A stretch of DNA of 64,000 nucleotides from Setoptus koraiensis (Eukaryota > Animalia > Arthropoda): contig CM106585.1 of assembly GCA_048013815.1 (NCBI GenBank), positions 24,056,001 through 24,120,000 on the forward strand. The letters are read 5' to 3'. Position numbers and translations under genes: made by a program. This document shows, one piece after another, positions 50,453 through 60,665 of this stretch. The notes under the pieces are model-generated. The model was not told the DNA's origin. It did no database searches and was given only the letters and a program-made list of their open reading frames with translations. Every line of letters starts with the position of its first letter. The first letter of the stretch is position 1.

Positions 50453-52653
50453 GGTTCGATTGGGGCCGCCTACACTCAATTTGGCCGAGTCAAGTATGAT
50501 TAATTCCCGGCGCAACTTGTGAGTGACACGCTCACATGTGTTAGCGGCCAGTAGCTGGCCCAGCAATAACCAAACCAATTGGCCGGTCTGGTAATTCTTG
50601 ACTTTTGCTCGAGGCTCTTCTCTGGCGCGGCACCGGCGCATATTCTTTCCGTGGCTTTGGGCCGGCGTGCTTGTGCGCTGTGCCTCAGTGTCTTGGCTAG
50701 GTGATAACGACAAGCGACTCTGGCCAGAAGCTGGCAGATAATATTTTTCTCGGCTAGCCTGACACAAGTCGGTGTGGTCACTGGTCTCAACTGTGGTGCC
50801 ATGGCCATACCAAGCTGGCCGAAGAGAGCAAGACAAGTGTAATAGGGTTATCGCCAACTTTAACTCACCTCTCGCTCACTCACTGCAAAACAATTTCGCC
50901 CCTTTGCACAGCACCAACCAGCAAGGGGCCCATTTTACACAAGCGGCAAGCTTATCGCCGTGCCAGTTGTGTTACGATGCCAACCAGCCAGCACAAAACT
51001 GGGCGAGCTGTTGAAGGAGATGAGCATCACAAATACACGACAGCCAAGGGGAGAGGCCACAAAAAGTAGATAGAGGCCGAATATAATGAGATGATGTTAA
51101 AGTTATTGCAGCTCGCCGCTGGAATAAGCTCTCGTACGGCAAGAGGCAATGAGTTTGTGTTTGCAAGATAACATCGCCCCGTTGAAATGTTACTTTTGGG
51201 GCCCCTCTCGTCTTTATTTATAACAACCATAACTGCTGCTGCTGCCGGCGCTGATGAAAGAGATAGTTTGGCGCAAAGTTAGTGGTTGACGCTCGGCGGT
51301 TTACTAGTTTCATTTCTCGCTAGCGCACCGACGCACCGAATACAGTTAGTGTGTCTTGTCGCCGCTATTACGCGGCTGCCGTTGTTATTGTTGTTGTTGC
51401 TGCTGCTGTTGCTGTTGTTGTTGTTGGTGGCGGTGGTGGTAGTGGTAGTGAATCACACACGCACACCCAGAAGAAGCTTTTATCTTTTGGCTCGTTCTTT
51501 CTCTCGTTTTTTCGGGGCAACCCGCAAAGATGGGGGCGCCGTTATATGACGAGCACAGTAGGTCGGCACCGACTTTACTGCGGTATACAGACGCACTGTC
51601 TGGTTGCTGTTGTTGTGCACTATGAACAACAACAGCGACAACAACAACAGCGACAACAACAACAACAAGCTAACGGCAATTCTCATTCATCGCCCATTGA
51701 TAGTAACTAGAAACAGATAAGATTGTATAAACGGCCGACGTTAACTCATCACGATGCGACTTTTCTGTTTCTTTTTTAGGGGGCGCCCGTTCTCGCATAA
51801 GTTTCGTTCGTGACAAGACGTTCTCATGGCCAACAAACAAGAAGCGGCACACAAGAATGACAATGGCAATGATGCAGTGCACTAGCACCACCACCAGCAC
51901 CCATAACCATTCTCGTTATTCTGCCGGGTACGTGTAACAATGGCAAAGCATAATAGTGTGCGCAAATAGAGTAACGGACACAAGTGGTTGCGAAGGTTCC
52001 TCTCTTTTAAATCATGCAACTCACAACAATGTCTACCTAGTGGCGCAGTGATCGTTCATCCCTCCAAGTATTTCGCTCGCCCACTCACTCGCTTATTCGT
52101 GGTCGTTGTTGTTGTTGTTGTCGCTGCTGCATCTCGGTTGTTGCTGATGGAGCAAAACGATGAGTAGTTTGGACGAGGGCCGAAATCTCTCTCTCTCTGC
52201 TCGGCATGCGGCCATTCTAACGGTCGGCCAGTTTGTTGGCTCGCTGATACCATCACGATGGCGCCAGCTAAGCCACACGTCTCAACTGTCTAGCCGTTCG
52301 CCGTTCGCCAGTTTTGTGGTTGGCGAGCTGGCTGGCGGGTTCGTCAACATTAACGCTAAGCTCGAATATAAGTAGAATTATTTAGCAGTCACAGCGGCCT
52401 GGCCAAGTGGCAGTTGTAGCGCGCCGTAAACAACTGGTTTAGTCGTTACGCAACGCGTGAAACGCGCCTACAGCTCAAATCACATCTAACAGGCCACCAG
52501 CAATCTAACCAACAAATCTAGGTAATGGCGAGATGAAAGAAAGAGATAATATCAGCCACAGTATAGATTGTGTGCAACCAGCAACAGCTAATTAGATGGT
52601 AAGCCCGTCTCACTTGGCAGACATATTTTCATGTGTGTGAGCCATTTTTGCCA

Positions 52654-52742
52654 CTCGTGCCAGCTCATGTTAACTCGTGCAAGCTCGTGCAAGCTCGTGC
52701 CACTCGTGCAAGCTCGTGCCAGCTCGCGCCAGCTCGTGCCAA
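52654..52742 (+). repeat. 10-bp degenerate tandem repeat (CTCGTGCMAG)n, about 9 copies
   Basis: Seen directly. Confidence 0.85.
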
Positions 52743-53974
52743 CTGTGCAAGGCACAATGGTCAGTTGGTGCGCTACTCGCTTGCTTATCATCGGGTTTAT
52801 GATTGTGTGAGTGTGGGCCCTTAATGATTATCTCTAGTGCAGTATAGAGCAAGTATTTTGTATTGCCCCCGCTCAGCTGATCATATTGTAAGACTGGTCA
52901 TCGTTTGGCGCTCAGTCGACACCTCGGCATCGCCACTATCGCAGCTACCTTGGCCGATCTAATGTCGTGTGCCAAGTCGTGCTCGCAGTGTTCAGGTCAC
53001 CAGGTTAATGCGACACCAATAGCAGCAACCCATAGTGGGCCGTGCCAAATGACCGATCGTCTATTTAGCAGTTACAAGTTGCGCGAGCGTGGCATGCGTT
53101 AAATCTAAATGGCAAGACCAGCTTGAACAGTGCGCCAGATTTACTTGACACTGTCGTGTTGTGATCGCAAAATGCGTTGTGTCATCATAACACAACAATG
53201 GTCATACCAGCAGCAATATAGAGGATATTTGGCGAGCTGTGTGAATGTGACTGCAGTCACGTCGCACCGTAATCTTGACTGGAGATCTGAACAAATCTCA
53301 AGATGGTAAGCTCCTTAAATTGACATCTCTCTGACACTGTCTTTGCCTAGTAATGCATTAATGCCATGAGAGTGCCAGCCGAAAAATCAATGTCGATCAG
53401 TCCCGAAACAGGTTATAGGCTGACCAGCTCGTGTTTGCCCGAACGGGCATCATGGATAATTGACTTGCCTCACATAAGCACTAATGTTTGCAGCAGCAGC
53501 AGCATTTTGTGTAAAATGGCAACGATAAAAGCTGACAATTGCAGCAAGTGTGAATACGGCTCACAGAAAAGCAAGCCTTTTTTCGTCTCTCATGGAGCGT
53601 TCGGGCTAGTCGTTATGATTGACATGTCAGATTGGCAGTTATCAGTTGTCATTGTACTCACCTGAATTGTGTGTGTGTGCGGATAAACTGGTGCATTGGC
53701 GAAATGGTGCAATGGCTAAATGGCGAACTGTCGGAACAAAAGGACGAAAAAGGGCAAACCTATTCGGCACATACGGCAGCTAGATCGTGTTCACCAAAAT
53801 CACACGCTCTCGATAGATCGCTCATGAGGCCCCCGCTCACAAGATGCGTCCTCAGCAGCTCGCCAAAAAGACAAGGAGAATTCTGAGAAGCTCGCCAAAC
53901 TCAATTTGAACCTCTGTCGCCGAATTATATGCCAACTAATGTATTGTTTTCGCTGCTAAACTGGCCGATCACAA

Positions 53975-56932
53975 CTATCTTCTATTGTTGTTGTTGCTGT
54001 TGTTGTTGTTGTGGCCAGCGCTGCTGTTGCCAGATTTATTGGTGCCAACAGCACGGGTTGTGGTGCTGGTGGTGTTGTTGTCGTGGCCAACAATATTTTG
54101 TTGTCTGTTGTATTGTTTATTATGATCACCACTGGAACAAGAAGAATGTTTAGACTGGTGCTGCTGCTGCTGCTGTGAGTTGGCTGCTGTTGTTGGTGTC
54201 GGTGGTGCTGCTGTTGCTTGAAAGTCATTAATATAATAATTACCATCGTTGAAGGCGCCCTTATTTGTAGTTTGACTATTGTCTGGCGAGCACATTGGGG
54301 CAAGTTCGTAATTTATTTTGCTATTCTGTTGTAAGCCGCTTGCCGCTGTATTATCCATCATTCTCCCATCGTATCCTTTCATTCCGTTGAAATGGTTGTT
54401 TGGCCCCGTTTGCTTCATGTTGGTTAGCTGTTGTTGTTGTTGCTGTTGTTGTTGTTGCTGCTGTTGTTGTTGATCGTCGTGGTAAATGTGCGAATGATGG
54501 TGATTCTTTTGCTCTACTGGCATTGCATCACAATAAGTGTTGATTGGTATTACATTACACGAGGGTCTCCTGTGATGACCGTGATTTTTCGCCTCATTGT
54601 ATTGCATCTCTGACGAACGAATCCTCTGTGTCTGATCGCCTGTCTCGTGGCCACCAATATTATTATTATTATTACCAGTATTGCTATTATTATAACCGTT
54701 GTTGTTGTTGTTGCTGCTGTTTTGGCTTGCTGTGTCGTCTAGAAAATGTTGACCACCTATCATCTTTTGTAACATGGAACGATCAATTGAATGTCTATGC
54801 TGGCACTGTGCCTGATTTGGCACCGGTAATGATTGTAAAAATTGCTCCTGTTTTGTTCTACTCAGATTATTATTAGACAAAACAAATTCTTTATAAATAT
54901 TACCTAAATTCGCTGTCAATATATTATCGATATTGCTACTAGATTTATGATGAATAATGTCGTTTTCCGTCATTAGGCCCGATCTATCACAAGCACTAGC
55001 ATCCAAATTATAACCAATGTTAGCATTAGCATAGGGCATAGTGTTTTGGAAATTGTTATAATCTAACATTTCAGTTGCTATATTCATATGTGAATGGCGT
55101 CGGGCATTGTTTCTATTTGAGGCATGATTGGCCTGTAAGAAACAACTCAATTGGTTATTTGCTAATTGTTGTTGTTGATGCCGGTGCCGATGAGGCTCAT
55201 GCTGATGTGACTGCTGTTGTGCATATTCCATATAAGATTGCTTTGTTGCATCATGCAAACTATCAACATAATTAGATAGTGAATTGTCCGTTTCTATAGT
55301 CACCGATGGCTTGCTGGAACGTTGCTGATTATCGTGCTTATTTGTGTTTGTTGATACTTGCTGATTCACTTTGCTAGAATTGTTAGAATTATAAGACGAT
55401 TTTCTCGAAACTTTCTCCATTTCATCTCTCATTTGCTGGCCAGTTTGGTTGGCGTTATTAGAATTGTTAGCGGCAACCATTCCACGCGGCGAACGACAAT
55501 CAGTAATTTGATCGTGCTGTTGGCGTTGTTCACTAGTTCGCCTACCATTACTATTATTATTGCTACTATAGTTACCTGTCTGATCTACATGTTCCTGTTG
55601 TGCAAGCTGCGATTGAGCATTCGACCCTCTATGACCATGTCTATCTTTGTGCACTAACGAAGAGGAGCCTTGATTCTGATTGCTGTTACAACTGCTGCTG
55701 TCATTATAATTAGGTTGCACCTGAGTGGCACAATTAGCATCAATTGCATCATCGATACTTTGAACTATCGCCATCTGATGGTGCAGTGAGGCCACCGAGT
55801 ATCGTTGCGTTTCACCTCTGGGCTTATTTCTTCTAATACTATCTCGCTGTTGTTGTTGCTGTTGTTGTTGTTGTTGTTGTTGTTGTTGCTGCTGCTGTTG
55901 CTGCTGATATTGATTGTGTAATTGGTCAATGTTCTGATTCGAAGTAGGATGTATTTTGGACACTTTCGCATTTGTCCAAGGAGCTGATGTCTTTCGATGG
56001 CTGGCTCTCTGTGCATCAGTTGTCATATTACAACCGTTGTTATTGTTGTTGCCCATGTCATTCATTCTATCTAGCATCATGGCTTGTTGTTGTTGCTGTT
56101 GCGTCATATTTATTTGGTTACCATGAATGGTGAATATAGGCGAATTTATTGATTTGCTTAATTTGTGTAAATTAGTTGCTTGATCAGCCTGATTGTTACT
56201 GGTCCTATTCGAATGTCTGAACTTGCCTGATGTCTTGTTGAATTGATTTTTGCTATTCGTTTTGGCATTGGCAATATCCAGATTGTCAGCAAATTGTTGA
56301 TGAGAACACTTGTGCTTTGTACTACTGTTAAACTGGTGTTGTCTTTTACTATTGCTCCTTGTTACATTGCAATGCTGTTTACTATTCACCTGTTTCTTGT
56401 TACTATTACTAATGTCATTTTGACTTTTCTTTCTCTGTTTCTTGGTGAAAGCATTTGATTCCTCGTTGTGATTAGTGTGCCCGTTACTCTTGAATTCGGC
56501 CTCATTATCTGGCTCATTATTACTCACAGTATTGTCGTCATTGTCGTTGTCGTCTTCATCGTTGTCCTCGTCCTCGGCCTCATCGTCGTCTTCGTCGTCG
56601 TCATCGTCGTCATCATCGTCATCATCATCGTCTTCGTCGTCGTCGTTGTCCTCATTTGGCGTACAATATCTTATCATTTTTCGTACTAATTTATTCAAAA
56701 AGTACATCATTATGGGCAACAGTAGTATGATAATAAAAGCCAAACTCATCCATTTTAAAACAAACAAGACGTGCTGTGGGTCCGAATTGCACGGCTCCTC
56801 CGGACAAGAGGCTGGATTTCCGGGCAGCTTACCCACTAGGCCCTTGGCTCCAACAAAACATTGTCTGAGGGCGATGTGTTGGGCAAAGAATGCAATAATA
56901 ATGCGCTTCAATGATGGATCGATCATGCTCAT
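53975..56932 (-). CDS. Orphan 985-aa predicted single-pass membrane protein with a long N/Q/H-rich disordered tail
   Basis: 2.96-kb ATG-initiated ORF. Signal-like N-terminus, short ectodomain with two Cys, TM helix VLFVLKWMSLAFIIILLLPIMMYFL, basic stop-transfer NKLVRKMIR, then an acidic run of about 40 residues. No family recognised. Low-complexity sequence can inflate ORF length. Confidence 0.72.
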   Translation of the reverse strand: MSMIDPSLKRIIIAFFAQHIALRQCFVGAKGLVGKLPGNPASCPEEPCNSDPQHVLFVLKWMSLAFIIILLLPIMMYFLNKLVRKMIRYCTPNEDNDDDEDDDDDDDDDDDDDEDDDEAEDEDNDEDDNDNDDNTVSNNEPDNEAEFKSNGHTNHNEESNAFTKKQRKKSQNDISNSNKKQVNSKQHCNVTRSNSKRQHQFNSSTKHKCSHQQFADNLDIANAKTNSKNQFNKTSGKFRHSNRTSNNQADQATNLHKLSKSINSPIFTIHGNQINMTQQQQQQAMMLDRMNDMGNNNNNGCNMTTDAQRASHRKTSAPWTNAKVSKIHPTSNQNIDQLHNQYQQQQQQQQQQQQQQQQQQQQRDSIRRNKPRGETQRYSVASLHHQMAIVQSIDDAIDANCATQVQPNYNDSSSCNSNQNQGSSSLVHKDRHGHRGSNAQSQLAQQEHVDQTGNYSSNNNSNGRRTSEQRQQHDQITDCRSPRGMVAANNSNNANQTGQQMRDEMEKVSRKSSYNSNNSSKVNQQVSTNTNKHDNQQRSSKPSVTIETDNSLSNYVDSLHDATKQSYMEYAQQQSHQHEPHRHRHQQQQLANNQLSCFLQANHASNRNNARRHSHMNIATEMLDYNNFQNTMPYANANIGYNLDASACDRSGLMTENDIIHHKSSSNIDNILTANLGNIYKEFVLSNNNLSRTKQEQFLQSLPVPNQAQCQHRHSIDRSMLQKMIGGQHFLDDTASQNSSNNNNNGYNNSNTGNNNNNIGGHETGDQTQRIRSSEMQYNEAKNHGHHRRPSCNVIPINTYCDAMPVEQKNHHHSHIYHDDQQQQQQQQQQQQQQQLTNMKQTGPNNHFNGMKGYDGRMMDNTAASGLQQNSKINYELAPMCSPDNSQTTNKGAFNDGNYYINDFQATAAPPTPTTAANSQQQQQHQSKHSSCSSGDHNKQYNRQQNIVGHDNNTTSTTTRAVGTNKSGNSSAGHNNNNSNNNNRR

Positions 56933-57975
56933 TTTGAATTAATCTTTATACACTAATAACATTGAATACTATGTGGTCACTTGTCTGGTCGGTATTTAAC
57001 AAATTACAATTCAGTTCTTCATGATATTTATCTCATCTATACATTTCGTTGTTTGCCTCCAAGTTGAGCTTTAATGTTATGCTATGTGTGCGATATTGTA
57101 TTACATAAAACGATTAAACGATAATGACTTTATACTGACGATCTATATTGCCATCGAACTACTAGCTGAGCAATGATGACATTGGTATGATAAGTGAGTT
57201 TTTGTTGGTTGCTGTTACACAACAGCGACACCGTTTGTAGCAGCATCAGAGGCAATAAATTCCATTCTATCTTCGATCTATCTATGTGTATTAATCACAC
57301 AAGAAACAAATACAACAAACAAATTTCCGGTATAATGCACTTGCTGCATGCAACTTATCATTATCATTGTATAACTTACACTATTGCACGATTTAATGAA
57401 TAAGAGATTAGATAATGTTCTACTTGCTGCTGCAAATAATTACAACTGTCCCATGATGATCGCTGATCAGTTTCGTCACTCTAAAACTTGTAGTGTTGCT
57501 AGTAGATAAATAATCTAGATTCTGGACGAGTTTCGGCGGCTTGGATTGGCAAAATTGGATTCTGGTTAGTTGGTTGGCGGCGCTGCGACGGCGCTGTAGC
57601 GAACACAGCAAGCAAAATATAAATAACATTAGTTAGTTCGTTCGTCACTATGCGCACTATGCGCACTATGCCAGCGCAGAACAGCGAAACACCGCCACTC
57701 ATACCGCTGCTTTTCATGCCCATTCACTGTGCACGAGTTTACCCATTCGCGCCATTTGTGCAAACAATTGTGCACTCTGTGCACGTTGCTAGCCCCCACA
57801 AACGAGACCGGTGACCGGTTTGGTTGATTTTGTTTTGTTTTTCAACAACAGACGCTCTTTTATCTGCTAGAGTCTGTTGTCGAATATTACAATTGCTGTC
57901 ATCATTTTATTTTTAATACTACTCAGTAGTAGTTTATTATTATTTTATTTGTCACTATTCTATTTATCATTCCAC

Positions 57976-59289
57976 ATGCATCAAGCGGAGCAACAGCAAC
58001 AACAGGACGATGAAATGCGGGATCCCGAGCTACTCAGGGAACTCAGAGGACACAAACAGGCTGTGATGGCGGTCGACTTTTCACACGATACCGCCCAATT
58101 GGTGTCCGGGGGCGAGGACAATTGTGTCATATTATGGAACTTGTCCAACATTGATGCACCTCTAACCAGTTATGCAAAAAACAACGATAGGGGAGTCAAA
58201 TTGTACGAGCACAAGGTCGCAATCACCTCCGTTGCATTCGGTTTGAACTATCTGATAAGTGCCTCTAGAGATGGACAAACGAAACTGTGGAGGACAGATC
58301 CGTCTACGTCCACATCGGCATCGTCGTTGTCGTCAACAAACGGGCAATGTTTTAATTACAATTCGCACACTACAACAGTCAGATCTGTGGCCTGTTCACT
58401 AGACTATACAGAGTTTTGTACGGCATCCGATGACAAATCTATCAAGGTCTGGTCAGCAAACCATAGAAACAAAATGGTGCACTCTTTTAGAAACGGACAC
58501 AGAAATTGGATTAAATGTGTTAGATGGTCTAAAAAGAACCCCTATTTGATAGCATCATGCGGTGATGATAGAAAACTCTGTATTTGGGATACCAGAGAGC
58601 GATGTATTCAGCCCATTTTGGATATGCAAGCGTGTAGACCTAGTATGCAATTTAATTGTTTGGATTGGCATCCAAAATACAAGGACAACATAGCAACTGG
58701 TGCTAAAGATGGCACTTGTGTTGTCTGGGATTTGCGTGTAGAGAAACCAATTCAATTGTATGCACAACACAGTCGCGCTGTAAATTCTGTTACGTTCAAT
58801 AGATGGGGAAATTTCTTAATTAGTGGCTCCTCTGATGGCACAACTAAGGGATTCGATATATTGGAGGGCAGGCACGTATTCGATCTCGAGGATCGTTACC
58901 CCATCAACTCTGTGGCCTTTGACAGTACAGGCGATCTATTAGCCTCTGCCTCAAACGATAAGAGTATTTTGATATGGAGGAGCAACATCGAAGCATGCAA
59001 CATTATAACAGACGAAGAGGAACATTCGCACCTTCTTGTCGATACCACTATCGGCTTCGAAGATACTGAATCTGCCAACGGGGCCACTAGTGACACAAAC
59101 AACATAGACTCTATGGAAGAAACCAAGAAATCCCCCGAAGAAACAAACACGTCCTCTGATGAAATGAAGAAACCCTCCGAGAGTAATGTAGAAATGTTGG
59201 AACAAATTTTGACCATATTGAATACAGTATGCACCGAAATATCTTCATTGAAACAAAGAATCTCAACATTGGAACAAAAAGTCAAATAA
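57976..59289 (+). CDS. POC1: POC1 centriolar WD40 protein
   Basis: DPELLRELRGHKQAVMAVDFS....QLVSGGED..V.LWN matches the POC1 N-terminus. WD40 repeats follow, then a C-terminal coiled coil LEQILTILNTV..EIS.LKQRISTLEQKV (Poc1 motif). The first ATG is at 57976 (or 58015); the TTG start at 57877 was rejected. Confidence 0.88.
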   Translation: MHQAEQQQQQDDEMRDPELLRELRGHKQAVMAVDFSHDTAQLVSGGEDNCVILWNLSNIDAPLTSYAKNNDRGVKLYEHKVAITSVAFGLNYLISASRDGQTKLWRTDPSTSTSASSLSSTNGQCFNYNSHTTTVRSVACSLDYTEFCTASDDKSIKVWSANHRNKMVHSFRNGHRNWIKCVRWSKKNPYLIASCGDDRKLCIWDTRERCIQPILDMQACRPSMQFNCLDWHPKYKDNIATGAKDGTCVVWDLRVEKPIQLYAQHSRAVNSVTFNRWGNFLISGSSDGTTKGFDILEGRHVFDLEDRYPINSVAFDSTGDLLASASNDKSILIWRSNIEACNIITDEEEHSHLLVDTTIGFEDTESANGATSDTNNIDSMEETKKSPEETNTSSDEMKKPSESNVEMLEQILTILNTVCTEISSLKQRISTLEQKVK

Positions 59290-59892
59290 TAATATTCATA
59301 TTTACTAGATAAATTAATTAGAAGTTTTTATGATAATATTCAAATGTACAGTTATTAATGGCAGAATAATGTAATAATAACCTAACTACTGACTGAGGCC
59401 TCGAGGTACTCAATCCTACGTTCTAAATGTGTTAATTTTTCATTTAGTTCAGCAAGTTTAGCTCTACAAGATTGATCTGGATTGAAGGTGAGGATTGGAT
59501 AGTGTTAGATTGGTTTTAGTTACAACAGAGTAATGAGTATGCTAGATTAAAAATATTGCTTACCAAAATGATTAAGAAAATCAGTTATTTTCTGAATATT
59601 TCTAGAGACGATCTCAATGTAGTCCCTGTCTTGCCAATCGTGTGTTATTTGCCTTTGGGGCTCTCCGTAAATCGCGGACATTTTTAGTAGGATATTTTTT
59701 AGGAGGACCTGGACCAAAATGATTCAATCAATTCTTAGAATCCAAGGCAGATCAGTGATTGTCTAAGCTCGAGATATCGGTAGGCTCAACTGGGATTTTG
59801 TCAAAAACAGTTATCTCACCGAAACCATTGCATGGATCAGATGTTTTTTGTCAATGAGGTTGCCAATGCTGCAAACCTGTTCCAATATAAAT

Positions 59893-59999
59893 CCGCTAGA
59901 GGCGCTGGCATCGCCCAGCTGAAGGCACTGTATTTTCTTTCTTTGTTCATTGCTTACTTTAGCAGATGCGCTTATGCTTGTTTCAGCGCTAGGGGGCGC
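59893..59999 (+). promoter_or_regulatory. Pair of CTCF-like motifs (CCGCTAGAGGCGC; GCGCTAGGGGGCGC) between the convergent POC1 and FHOD 3' ends
   Basis: Sequence resemblance to the CTCF core CCRSYAGRKGGCGC; no binding evidence. Confidence 0.35.
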
Positions 60000-60473
60000 A
60001 TTGCCTACCCTTTGTCACGCAGATTTACATGGAAGTTGAACTAGAAAGTGTGATTATGTATTTCCTTTTCCTTGTTAGTGTGCAGCGCCCCAACCGAGCA
60101 CCGAGTGCAAGCGCGTGCGAAATTACCTTTTGCAACCAGCTACGCGTGTTCTATTCACGCGTGAACCAGCAAAATCTCAAATCCATCAACTCTAACATGG
60201 CCAATCCACACGTAAAAAAAGAAGGACGATTGAAACAAACTCACAAGAGACAGATAAATTATTGGTAGTTTCTTTATTTTCTGGTACATATGTATAAAGC
60301 TTCTTAGGTTGAGTGAGATATGAGTGTTTGTTCATTATAAAGTTTACATCGTTGACAAGTAGCGAAAAAAGTAATACACATATGTACATTGTCATCATAT
60401 TCATGATAAAAGTCATACAGTCTGGTGATATTGATTGATGTCCACTTGTTTGATTAATTTACATCTTTGAGAT

Positions 60474-60526
60474 TTACATTTGTCCATTGGTGCCGATTTC
60501 CAATCCATTTCTGAGCGTGCGTCTCA
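60474..60526 (-). CDS. FHOD: FHOD formin terminal exon (LRRTLRNGLEIGTNGQM*)
   Basis: Pyrimidine tract plus CAG acceptor at 60527-60529. The phase-1 join to the GTGAGT donor at 60665 gives RKS-LRRTLRNGL, the conserved FHOD DAD basic tail. Intron 60527-60665 (139 bp). Confidence 0.88.
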
Positions 60527-60665
60527 CTGAGGATAGAAAGTAAAGATAAATATCAGTTGCAAATTTAATATACAATTGAAATTATATCTGTCTGTAGCGG
60601 TATATGTACGAGTATTGCACAGATGAAAATAATAAATGGAAACAAAAGAATAAAATGATACTCAC

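Noticed and set aside
57877-57975. Hydrophobic N-terminal extension of POC1 from a TTG start
   Set aside because: It derives from T-rich upstream sequence, has a non-ATG start, and POC1 is a soluble centriolar protein.
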